From assembly GCF_013177435.1 (NCBI RefSeq), contig NZ_CP053627.1:600001-632000 (forward strand): a DNA stretch of 32,000 nucleotides, in the 5' to 3' direction. The notes beneath the pieces are model-generated. The model had not been told where the DNA came from and made no database searches. It was given only the letters and a program-made list of their open reading frames with translations. This document shows, piece after piece, positions 1 through 7,637 of the stretch. Origin of the DNA: Xylella taiwanensis. Lineage in GTDB: Bacteria > Pseudomonadota > Gammaproteobacteria > Xanthomonadales > Xanthomonadaceae. A program made the translations under genes and the position numbers. How positions within the stretch are numbered: position 1 is the first letter of the stretch; each line of letters opens with the position of its first letter.

Positions 1-330
1 ATCAGGAGCGCTCACACTCCCTACTCTGGGATGGCCGTCTGGGTCGGTATAGGACTGCGTGATGGCAACCTCGACAATGACATCAATGCGGTGGCAATGC
101 GTCGTGACGGCACGCAGGTCAATATCATTGGCAAGCCTGGTGCGCGGCATTCCATGTGCCATACGTATCTCGGTGTTTATCTTCCCAGGCGTAATGTCAG
201 CCAGGGCCGCCGTGACTTGAGATTTAGCGACGTAATGCTGATACATCGGCACAGAGGTACCTGCGAGAATGGAAATAATCGCAAGCACCATCATGAGTTC
301 GATTAAATGAAACCCTTGCTGCTTTTTCAT
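1..330 (-). CDS. Type IV pilin-like protein (prepilin), N-terminal 110 codons; the 3' end runs off the window
   Basis: Absent from the ORF track because the frame is open to position 1. Hand translation of the minus strand from ATG 330-328 gives MKKQQGFHLIELMMVLAIISILAGTSVPMYQHYVAKSQVTAALADITPGK... This shows a short basic leader, the G|F cleavage/N-methylation motif, the conserved Glu5, a hydrophobic alpha1-N helix and a YQxYVAKSQV segment typical of PilA/PilE-type major pilins. No stop occurs in 110 codons. AGGAGG lies 8 nt upstream of the ATG. The ATG overlaps the helicase stop (ATGA). Confidence 0.75.
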   Translation of the reverse strand, partial: MKKQQGFHLIELMMVLAIISILAGTSVPMYQHYVAKSQVTAALADITPGKINTEIRMAHGMPRTRLANDIDLRAVTTHCHRIDVIVEVAITQSYTDPDGHPRVGSVSAPD

Positions 331-1712
331 AGCGAATCCCTCCTTTTCACGGCATCAAGTAATAGGTCTTGGACTTCGCGTTTGGATTCGCGGCGCGCCA
401 TGACGAGCTCATCCACCGTGCCGGCGGCGATGATGTGGTGAATGAACACCGGGCGGTTGTGTCCGGCTTGGGCCTGCCGTGTGGGGCCGATGCGCTCGAT
501 GATCTGCTGGTACTGCTCCAGGTCCCACCAGTGACCGAAGAAGGCCAGAATGTTGCCGCCGTCCTGAAGGTTTAGTCCGTGACCGGCGCTGGCCGGGTGG
601 GTGAACAACACGGGGATATGTCCGGCGTTCCAGTCCCTGATCGTGTCGGGGTGTTTGTCCAGGACACGGCCTTGAGGGAAGGCGCGCTGTAAACGGGCTA
701 GATCGCTTTTGAAGTGATACGCCACCAGCACGGGCATACCGGCGGCCTCTTCGATAATGGCGTCCAGGGCATGCAGTTTGGCGTCGTGGACATCGGCCCA
801 GGCGCGGCGTGTGGCGTCGGTGTACACCGCGCCATTGGCCAGTTGCAAGCACTTGATCGTTTTGCTGGCCGCGTTAAAGGCTTCAACTTCAGCGCCACAT
901 TCCAGCGCCAGCCACATTTCTTGCTCCATCGCTTTGTACATGCGCTTGGCATGCTCCGGCAGCGTGACGCGGATGGTATTCACGATTGGCTGGCGCAGGT
1001 CGAAATAGTCGCCGGGCTCCAGCGACAGACACACATCACGCACCTTGTCTTGAATCTCTTTAAAGGCGTTGGGTGTGGGCACCACGCGCACGGCGTGGGG
1101 ATCGCTGCCGATGCGGATCGGGCGGAACCATCTATCCGTGAACTTGCTAAAACTACTCTCCAGGCGTGCGCCCCGATCCACCATCCACAGTAGCGCCCAC
1201 AGATCCTGTAACCCGTTAGGCGCAGGGGTGCCGGTCAAGCCGATGTAGCGTTCAACTTTGGTATGTACATGCTTGGCCAGGGCGCGGGCGCGCTGGGTCC
1301 CGCGCCCCAGTCTGAAACCTTTCAGCTTGGAGCATTCGTCGGCAACCACGGTGCGAAACGGCCAGCGCTCCCCGAAAAACTCCACCATCCACTTCAGATT
1401 GTCGTAATTAATGCAGTAGATATCGGCCTGCTGCTGCAAGGCACGGCGGCGTACCGCGGCGCTGCCCACGGCCACGGCCACGCGCAGGTGGCGCAGGTGC
1501 GGGAACTTGGCCACTTCATCCGGCCAGGTGCTCGCGGCCACGCGCAGCGGGGCCACAACTAAGATGGGGGTCACCGCTTCGGCCAGGATGAGCACATCTA
1601 GGGCGGTGAGCGTCGACACCGTCTTGCCCAGGCCCATCGGCACAAACAGATTGCAGCGCGGATGGGTCAGAATGAAATCAACGATCCTGTGTTGGTAGGG
1701 GCGTAGTGTCAT
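327..1712 (-). CDS. SNF2/DEAD-like superfamily-2 helicase, phage type
   Basis: 461-aa ORF. Motifs seen: motif I PMGLGKT, motif II VVADECSKLK (DExx), motif III GLTGTPAPN, motif V HPASAGHGLNLQ, motif VI QQIIERIGPTRQ. It sits next to VRR-NUC, as in many phage replication modules. Confidence 0.85.
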   Translation of the reverse strand: MTLRPYQHRIVDFILTHPRCNLFVPMGLGKTVSTLTALDVLILAEAVTPILVVAPLRVAASTWPDEVAKFPHLRHLRVAVAVGSAAVRRRALQQQADIYCINYDNLKWMVEFFGERWPFRTVVADECSKLKGFRLGRGTQRARALAKHVHTKVERYIGLTGTPAPNGLQDLWALLWMVDRGARLESSFSKFTDRWFRPIRIGSDPHAVRVVPTPNAFKEIQDKVRDVCLSLEPGDYFDLRQPIVNTIRVTLPEHAKRMYKAMEQEMWLALECGAEVEAFNAASKTIKCLQLANGAVYTDATRRAWADVHDAKLHALDAIIEEAAGMPVLVAYHFKSDLARLQRAFPQGRVLDKHPDTIRDWNAGHIPVLFTHPASAGHGLNLQDGGNILAFFGHWWDLEQYQQIIERIGPTRQAQAGHNRPVFIHHIIAAGTVDELVMARRESKREVQDLLLDAVKRRDSL

Positions 1713-1787
1713 GTGATACCTCGTCCATGCCGCCGCAGATGAGCGCTGCTATACTCGCCATCACATGCGGGTAAGGTAGGGTTATTC

Positions 1788-2093
1788 GTGGCATTAGCGG
1801 CGTTCGATACATTGAGTTTTGCTAACCAGCTTAAAAACGCGGGGGTTCCTCCTGCGCACGCCGAGGCACAAGCCGAAGCGTTAGCGGAGGTCTTCGAAAC
1901 GCATCTGCAACAACTTGCGACAAAGGCCGATCTGCGCGAGTTGGAGCTGAAGCTTGAATCGAAAATAGATAAAGGCTTCGCTGAAGTAGATAAAGGTTTC
2001 GCTGAAATAAAAGGCGAAATGCTGCTACTCAAATGGATGTTCGGTGTTCTTGTGGCGGGCGTTGCGGCGCTCATTGCCAAAGCGTTTTTCTGA
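1788..2093 (+). CDS. DUF1640-type coiled-coil protein with C-terminal membrane anchor (phage-associated)
   Basis: GTG start with AAGGTAGGG upstream. The sequence FDTLSFANQLKNAGVPPAHAEAQAEALAEVF...ATKADLRELELKLESKI...LLLKWMFGVLVAGVAALIAKAFF matches my recollection of the DUF1640 pattern: N-terminal FDT motif, coiled coil, KWM followed by a hydrophobic tail. It is on the opposite strand to the surrounding operon. Confidence 0.7.
   Translation: MALAAFDTLSFANQLKNAGVPPAHAEAQAEALAEVFETHLQQLATKADLRELELKLESKIDKGFAEVDKGFAEIKGEMLLLKWMFGVLVAGVAALIAKAFF
1968..2009 (+). repeat. In-frame tandem duplication, 2 x 21 bp (DKGFAEV / DKGFAEI), inside the DUF1640 gene
   Basis: gataaaggcttcgctgaagta (1968-1988) is followed directly by gataaaggtttcgctgaaata (1989-2009), with 2 mismatches in 21. 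Confidence 0.9.
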
Positions 2094-2094
2094 G

Positions 2095-2367
2095 TCATTG
2101 CAGCACCTGATCCACGCCTTCAAAGGAATCGACGACTTCCACGCGCTGCCCCATACGGCGCATGCGCTCGTGCTCGCGTAGTTGCAGTGGCCTGCACTGC
2201 TCACCGGGGGCTTTGAGTTCGATCCACAGGGTGCTGCCGGGCAGCATGGCGATGCGGTCGGGCGCGCCGTGACGACCGATCCACTTCACCTTGCGGATTT
2301 CACCGCCTTTGGCCCTGACTCGCGCCACTAAATAGCGTTCGATGCTGCGTTCATGCAATACGTTCAT
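2095..2367 (-). CDS. VRR-NUC domain nuclease (phage)
   Basis: 90-aa ORF. The motifs GAPDRIAMLPGSTLWIELKAPGE...LQLREHERMRRMGQRVEVV fit the PD-(D/E)XK VRR-NUC signature (D...ExK). Confidence 0.8.
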   Translation of the reverse strand: MNVLHERSIERYLVARVRAKGGEIRKVKWIGRHGAPDRIAMLPGSTLWIELKAPGEQCRPLQLREHERMRRMGQRVEVVDSFEGVDQVLQ

Positions 2368-2370
2368 GGG

Positions 2371-2760
2371 TTAGTGCTTCCTATAGCGATCGGTTTCAAA
2401 GCCTTCAGCGGCCAGCGGCAGCCCAGCGGCCCAGGCGGGCGCGGTGGTCATCAGCGCCGCCAGGTGCCCGGCATTGAAGGCGCTGTGGGTTGCCGCTTCG
2501 GTGATGATTTCGTCGTGCACCGTCAGCACGATCTGATACCCGGCGGCCTCAATGCGCGGCATGCAGGCGGCCAGCACGTCACGGCTCACGGCTTGGGTGA
2601 TGTTCTCGACCAGTTTTCCGCCATAGGTGGCGATCCGGGTCCATTGGCCGGTGGTGGGGTGGGGTCCCATGTAGGACAGGGCCCCGTCCGCATCTACTCT
2701 TGCTGCCGGGTAATGGAGCAGGCGTCCGGACGGCAGACGGATACGTAACCAGGCATTGGC
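2371..2760 (-). pseudogene. C-terminal remnant (~130 codons) of a phage family-A DNA polymerase
   Basis: The frame reads ...[88 protein letters not shown]...[22 protein letters not shown]. It contains the motif C VHDE and the characteristic C-terminal tail. An in-frame stop lies at 2791-2793. Everything N-terminal (exonuclease, palm and fingers motifs A and B) is missing. Confidence 0.8.
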
Positions 2761-3047
2761 ATAGAGATGTACAGATGTCCAGCGAACCCGTCATAGGCGG
2801 CTTTGAGGTCACCGTTATGCAGCACGACCTTGTCGGCAAGGCGCATCTGTTTGAGGATGTCTGCGGCCTTAACCCCCCACTTGTCCTTGGCCAGCTGTTC
2901 GATGGCTTGGTTGATGGTGGCTACTTGCGGGTCGGCGGGGTCGATGATGAAGCAGGCCGAATACGCCGCCGTGCCTTCACCATTGACTTTTTTTGGTTCA
3001 AATAACGCAGGGAAGGCCAAGCGCACGTTGTTGAGTTTTAGTTTCAT
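2694..3047 (-). pseudogene. Truncated DUF2815-family phage protein (ssDNA-binding-like); only the first ~95 codons are family-like
   Basis: MKLKLNNVRLAFPALFEPKK...DPQVATINQAIEQLAKDKWG...[10 protein letters not shown] resembles the DUF2815 N-terminus. After about codon 95 the frame runs out-of-frame into polymerase-derived DNA ([22 protein letters not shown]). Its start overlaps the DUF2800 stop (ATGA). Confidence 0.65.
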
Positions 3048-4321
3048 GACAGCGACTCCTGAAAGAAGGGGGGGGCTTTTTGGGGGTGGTGCGGCGTTAC
3101 CTGGGTCAGATCTTGGAAATGGCTCGCGTCGTCCTGGAGGATCAGCGCCGGGCGTGTGTCCGATTCAGGCACCACACTGGGCTTGCCGTCCGGCTGGGTC
3201 ATGAGGTCTTGCAATAGGAACCATTGGCGATCGCCAAGGGTTCCGGCCTTGTGGAGTTTCTCGGCGGTTGTGGGGCTGATCAGGGAGCGCTCGTAGATGT
3301 GCTCGACCTTCACGCGCATGCGTTTGAGCATGGCTTCAACGGCGGTCGCGGCGGTCCAGCGGCGCGCCCCGCGGCGGTCTTCCACCAGTTTGTATCCAGG
3401 CACGGCCCGACCTGCCAACAGTTCAGCTTCGACCTTGCCGTAAATACCCTTACACCAGGATTCAATTAAAGCTGTGGCACCCAGCAGGCGTGCTAGCGTG
3501 GCGTTGTCGTGGGTGCGCATGAGGACCGATTCGAGCGGCGGCACCACCGGCTGCGTGACGTCGACGAACGCCCCCGCCACGGTGGATAGCACGTGATCCC
3601 TCAGCGCCGGACAGATCGCCTTGGCCCGACAGAACCGGCACGGCTTCTCTCCGGGGGCGAAGTACTCCTGAGGTAATGCGCCAGCGTTACCGTACTTCTT
3701 GACGGCGTCCATGCAGCGCTGCGCGCGGGGCGCAACCGTCTGCTTAAACGCGTGCAGCTCGGCAACGCTGTATACCCACTCGTCAAGGTGACCGAGACGG
3801 GGTTGGACGATGACCAGGCGCACGCGCTGGAAGGGGCCGGCAAAATCGAATGCCTCCAAGGCGGCGAGCGCGTAAAGCTGGAGTTGCTCGTTGTCTTTTG
3901 CGTCGACCTTGACGCCTCTGCCGTATTTGAGATCGACGATGATTAATTCATCCACAGACGGGATCACGGCATCCGCGGTGCCTTGCGCGCCGCGCTCCCC
4001 CGTGATCGCCTCAAGGAGTAACGGCAGTTCAAAAAACCGGGGGGCTTCGATACCGCGCACATAGTCCACGTACTGCTGCACGTACGCGGCCATCTCGGCG
4101 GTGATGTCCCACGCAACGCCGTTAATTTCCTGTCGGAAGCCCACGTATTCGCTGGCTTGCCGGTCATTGCGTAAGGCCGAGGCCGCCAGTTCATGCGCCA
4201 CGGTGCCCTCATCAGCAAAGGCGCTGGATTCATCCGGACACTGCACCCCCAGGGGGACGCTGGCCGGGCAATGCAGCCAGCGATGCGCACTGCTCGGGGA
4301 TAGCAAGGCGTGCTGGCTCAT
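3044..4321 (-). CDS. DUF2800-family PD-(D/E)XK (Cas4/RecB-like) nuclease, phage
   Basis: 425-aa ORF. The N-terminal LSPSSAHRWLHCPAS, the IIVDLKYGRGVKVDAKDNEQLQLYAL (D..DxK..QxxxY) motif and the C-terminal Cys cluster CRFCRAKAICPA are typical of this family. Confidence 0.8.
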   Translation of the reverse strand: MSQHALLSPSSAHRWLHCPASVPLGVQCPDESSAFADEGTVAHELAASALRNDRQASEYVGFRQEINGVAWDITAEMAAYVQQYVDYVRGIEAPRFFELPLLLEAITGERGAQGTADAVIPSVDELIIVDLKYGRGVKVDAKDNEQLQLYALAALEAFDFAGPFQRVRLVIVQPRLGHLDEWVYSVAELHAFKQTVAPRAQRCMDAVKKYGNAGALPQEYFAPGEKPCRFCRAKAICPALRDHVLSTVAGAFVDVTQPVVPPLESVLMRTHDNATLARLLGATALIESWCKGIYGKVEAELLAGRAVPGYKLVEDRRGARRWTAATAVEAMLKRMRVKVEHIYERSLISPTTAEKLHKAGTLGDRQWFLLQDLMTQPDGKPSVVPESDTRPALILQDDASHFQDLTQVTPHHPQKAPPFFQESLS

Positions 4322-4548
4322 GGCGAGACACCCGCGTTAACAACCGCTTTTACACAGGCCGGATAGTCTTTACAGGCTTGGGTCACCTCTGGAAAACGCG
4401 CCGGGTCCAGGTCGGATAACTTAGCCGCGCCGAACCGACCTAATACGTGAGTGACCGAATCGCGGCCATGTTCAACGGCCATATCCTTTAAAGCGATGAG
4501 CGCCGTGGTGTAAGCGCAGTCACTAGGCGTGGCCTGTGCCGCGTGCAC
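4318..4548 (-). CDS. Small hypothetical phage protein, possibly 5'-truncated at the junction with SulP-derived DNA
   Basis: 76-codon ORF. Its stop overlaps the DUF2800 start (ATGA). The apparent start is GTG at 4548-4546, exactly where SulP homology begins on the other strand. I recognise no family. Confidence 0.45.
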   Translation of the reverse strand: MHAAQATPSDCAYTTALIALKDMAVEHGRDSVTHVLGRFGAAKLSDLDPARFPEVTQACKDYPACVKAVVNAGVSP

Positions 4549-5206
4549 GGGGGGCTGGCTGCGCGATGATTGATCAGTCGATCCTCAACCTCATATCAAG
4601 CGGTCGCTCCCGTCTGTCGTCCCTAGCCGCTGGCGTATTCCTACTGTTAATGGTGGTGTTCCTGGGCGACTGACTGAAGCAGATCCCGATGGCGGTGCTA
4701 GTGGCAGTAATGATCATGGTGTCTATCGGCATCTTCAGTTGGGATTCGCCGCGCAACCTCAAGAAGCATCCGTTGTCGACGAACATTGCCATGGTCGTCA
4801 TTGTGGTGGTTGTCGTGACCACACATTACCTAGCTTTCGGTGTGCTGCTGGCCGAGATGTGCTTTGCCAATAAGGTTGGCCATTACATACGCATCAATTC
4901 ATCACTGGACGCAGCTGGTAAACACCGCAGCGATACGGTCTCCGGCCAGGTGTTCTTCAGCTGGGCAGACAAGTGCATCGCAGCATTCGATTTCAAGGAA
5001 GCGCTTGAGAAGGTCACGATCGATCTGACGCATGCGCACTTCTGGGATATCACCGGGCCGTGGCGGCACTGGACGTGGTCATCAAGTTCCGCCAAGCAAA
5101 CACCGAAGTTGAAGTGCTCGCATGGAACGAGGCCAGCGCCACCCTCGTCGACCGCTTCGGTGTGTACGACAAACCCGCTGCCTTGGACACGTCGATGGTG
5201 CATTAA
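4548..5206 (+). pseudogene. 3' remnant of a SulP-family anion transporter (last TM helices plus STAS domain)
   Basis: The frame reads GAGCAMIDQSILNLISSGRSRLSSLAAGVFLLLMVVFLGD*LKQIPMAVLVAVMIMVSIGIF..., followed by STAS-like ...YTVSGQVFFSWADK...IDLTHAHFWDITG. After a frame change it continues AVAALDVVIKFRQANTEVEVLAWNEASATLVDRFGVYDKP...*. Lesions: in-frame TGA at 4671-4673 (probably TGG to TGA) and a 1-nt frameshift at the G run 5055-5057. The entire N-terminal ~2/3 of the gene is absent. Confidence 0.8.
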
Positions 5207-5286
5207 GCCCTGCCGACTCTCGGAATGCTGCTTCACATGGAGCAGTCTCTACCACTCATGCGCTCCATGTCCCATGGAGGCTAAGA

Positions 5287-6064
5287 GGAACGCTCATCAA
5301 AACAATCGTTTCCTGCATCGACGGATCGCTGTCTGCAATCGCCGTATGCGACGACTCCGCTTGGGCCAGCGTGTGCATCGCGGCTCCCCTGACCCTGCTG
5401 CACATTATGGAAGGGGCTTCGCCGGTGCTTTCCTATTTCACTGCCAGCATTGGTCTTGGCAGCCGCGAACACCTGCTGCAAGAATCGGCCGATCTGGACG
5501 AGAAACGCGCTCGTTGGGCGCGCGAGCACGGCCAACACCTGTTTGAAGTGGCCCAGCTTCACCTAGACCAACTTGGGATCGTGCATCCCAAGTGGCTGCA
5601 ATGGCATGGCCACTTGGTCGATAGCCACAAAGCAATGAAAGACGATATCCGCCTGCTGGTCATTGGCCGCCAGGATAAGCATGGCGAAAGTGTGCTCGAA
5701 CCCATTGGTGGCGATGTTGAGAACGTTATACGTACGCGGCATCGTCCGGTGCTCGTAGTACTACTAACAACGCTTTCTGATCGCCTTCGACGGCAGCGCC
5801 AACGCCCGTCGTGTGGTTGCGTACCTAGTACAGCGCCCACGGCTCGCAGGTCTCAATTGCCATCTTCTGATGGTTGTCGAGCCATCGGTCGAACATCAGG
5901 CGCAACGTGACTGGGCGAGGGACCAGTTGCCACAGGCTGGCGACACGACCCACGCAACAATCAGCCAGGGCGATGTTGAGGATGTACTGGAAATATACGG
6001 CCAGTAGCATTTGATTAGCATCCCTGTGATGGAGGTCCGCCGTCACGGGAGCTTTCACAGTTAG
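5287..6064 (+). pseudogene. Tandem-domain universal stress protein (UspA family), degraded
   Basis: Domain 1: LIKTIVSCIDGSLSAIAVCD...LLHIMEG...IRLLVIGRQDKHGESVLEPIGGDVENVIRTRHRPVLVV. A frameshift occurs near 5755-5770. Domain 2 in another frame: RFLIAFDGSANARRVVAYL...CHLLMVVEPS...GDVEDVLEIYGQ, then TAG at 6005-6007. There is no ATG at the expected start (ACG CTC ATC AAA). Confidence 0.65.
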
Positions 6065-6109
6065 GATCTACATCCTATCCAGGGGGGGCTTCGTTACTAG
6101 ATCCTCGAA

Positions 6110-7327
6110 GTGCGAGATTACTCTTACAAGAGAAATTCATTCGTGTTGGAAACAACTACTTCGTCAACCATCAACTATCTTCGTAAGGACTCCAGCCTGC
6201 ATCGCTTGATGCTGGAATTGCTGGAGAAAGCTGATATCCGCGTAGGTGGAGATCGCCCCTGGGACATGCAGATTAATGGCCCAGGACTGCCTGAGCGAAT
6301 TTTCTCCCAAGGCAGTCTTGGCCTAGGCGAAGCCTACACAGACGGTCTTTGGGATGTCCCACAACTTGATGAATTTTTTCATCGGCTGCTCAAGGCGCGT
6401 CTCGATCGACAAGTGAAGCCCCTGCGGCTGCTCTTTCACACTTGGCTCCCTCGCCTCGTAAACCTGCAAACTTTCAAGCGATCCTTGCATGTCTGCAATT
6501 TACACTACAACCTGAACAACGACTTCTTCGCTGCCATGCTCGATTCCCGCATGACCTACACTTGCGGCTATTGGCGCAGCGCTAAGACGTTGGATGAGGC
6601 ACAAGAAGCCAAGTTGGATCTGATTTGCCGCAAGCTAAAACTGCAGCCAGGCATGCGCTTGCTCGACTTCGGCTGTGGCTGGGGCAGCCTCATGGGCTTT
6701 GCCGCCGAGCGCTACGGTGTCGAGTGCACAGGCGTGAACATTTCCAAAGAGCAGATTAAGTGGGCAAAAGCCCGTTACGCGGGCTGGCCTTTGGAGTTTC
6801 GTCTACAAGATTACCGAGAGACCACAGGCCGATTTGATCGGGTTGTTAGCGTGGGTATGTTAGATCATGTCGGACGAAAGAACATGCGCACCTTCATGGA
6901 GGTCGCGCATCGCTGCTTGAAGGACGATGGTCTGTTTCTGCTGCACTCTACCGCTACAAGTGGGCGCAACAACATGCGTGACCCATGGATAGGTAAGTAC
7001 GTGTTCCCAAACCTAGATGTGCCATCGGCAGGCCAGATCGGTGATGCCGTGGATAACCTGTTCGTGATCGAAGATCTGCACAACTTCGGCGCTGACTACT
7101 GCCCCACCCTCATGGCCTGGCATAAAAACTTCGAACACGCCTGGCCCAGATTCTCCGACAAACTCGGCAAGGAGTTTTCCCGCATGTTCGGCAAGGACTT
7201 TTACCGCATGTGGCGCTACTACCTCTTGTCATGCGCAGGCGCTTCGCGCGCGCGCGATATTCAGCTCTGGCAGTGGGTATTAAGTAAAGAGGGCGTCCCC
7301 GGCGGTTATGAGCGCATTACAACCTAA
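6110..7327 (+). CDS. cfa: Cyclopropane-fatty-acyl-phospholipid synthase
   Basis: Collinear with E. coli Cfa as I recall it: GSLGLGEAYTDGLWD, HYNLNNDFFAAMLDSRMTYTCGYW, SAM-binding LLDFGCGWG, DRVVSVGMLDHVG, DPWIGKYVFPN, NFGADYCPTLMAW, SCAGASRARDIQLWQ. The start is uncertain: GTG 6110 or GTG 6143. Confidence 0.9.
   Translation: MRDYSYKRNSFVLETTTSSTINYLRKDSSLHRLMLELLEKADIRVGGDRPWDMQINGPGLPERIFSQGSLGLGEAYTDGLWDVPQLDEFFHRLLKARLDRQVKPLRLLFHTWLPRLVNLQTFKRSLHVCNLHYNLNNDFFAAMLDSRMTYTCGYWRSAKTLDEAQEAKLDLICRKLKLQPGMRLLDFGCGWGSLMGFAAERYGVECTGVNISKEQIKWAKARYAGWPLEFRLQDYRETTGRFDRVVSVGMLDHVGRKNMRTFMEVAHRCLKDDGLFLLHSTATSGRNNMRDPWIGKYVFPNLDVPSAGQIGDAVDNLFVIEDLHNFGADYCPTLMAWHKNFEHAWPRFSDKLGKEFSRMFGKDFYRMWRYYLLSCAGASRARDIQLWQWVLSKEGVPGGYERITT
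7166..7213 (+). repeat. In-frame imperfect tandem duplication, 2 x 24 bp, near the 3' end of cfa (GKEFSRMF / GKDFYRMW)
   Basis: ggcaaggagttttcccgcatgttc (7166-7189) is followed by ggcaaggacttttaccgcatgtgg (7190-7213), with 4 mismatches in 24. Confidence 0.85.
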
Positions 7328-7637
7328 ATCTCGTGTCATGTAGGTGTAAGTTGGGTGCTGGCTCCTGACTGTATCTTCATCTGCGATACAGCTGTGGCTC
7401 TGCTCGAGTTTGAAGCTGTCAAGCCGGCGCTATTGATCAATGGTTTTGTTTTAGCGTGTACTGATGTGCTGTGGCGTTACATATCCGACTTGACAGCGGC
7501 GAGACATGTAATGCCATGACCAGAATGGTCGCTTTTCACTGGCTGCACGAATCAGGGAATGTTGCTTCAAACATCTGCGTTACGCTGCCAGCGGCCGCAG
7601 CGTGCGATTTCTGAGACTGTGCGGGCTCTCCATATAC

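Noticed and set aside
31-306. 91-aa plus-strand ORF at the left edge
   Set aside because: It is antisense to the much better supported type IV pilin-like frame, which has a canonical N-terminal motif and a strong RBS. It has no recognisable motifs of its own.
409-1698. Several 60-160-aa ORFs inside the helicase gene on both strands (409-852, 714-1193, 1263-1562 and others)
   Set aside because: They are out-of-frame or antisense shadows within a well-supported helicase CDS. Their Arg/Pro/Gly-rich compositions are typical of alternative frames in GC-rich genes.
1709-2098. 129-aa minus-strand ORF linking VRR-NUC and the helicase with ATGA overlaps at both ends
   Set aside because: The arrangement is tempting. 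However, the product is low-complexity Ser/Ala-rich, while the opposite strand encodes a recognisable DUF1640-type protein. The openness is explained by the codon composition of the sense gene. I kept it as a finding because I cannot exclude it.
4689-5546. 285-aa plus-strand ORF
   Set aside because: It is a chimeric reading frame. The first part is the genuine SulP remnant frame. After the 5055-5057 frameshift it continues out-of-frame through the STAS end and into the usp region. It is not a gene.
5122-5910. 262-aa plus-strand ORF taken as an intact gene
   Set aside because: Only its middle part (from ~5287) is Usp-like. The 5' part overlaps the SulP STAS coding sequence out-of-frame, and the 3' part is out-of-frame relative to the second Usp domain.
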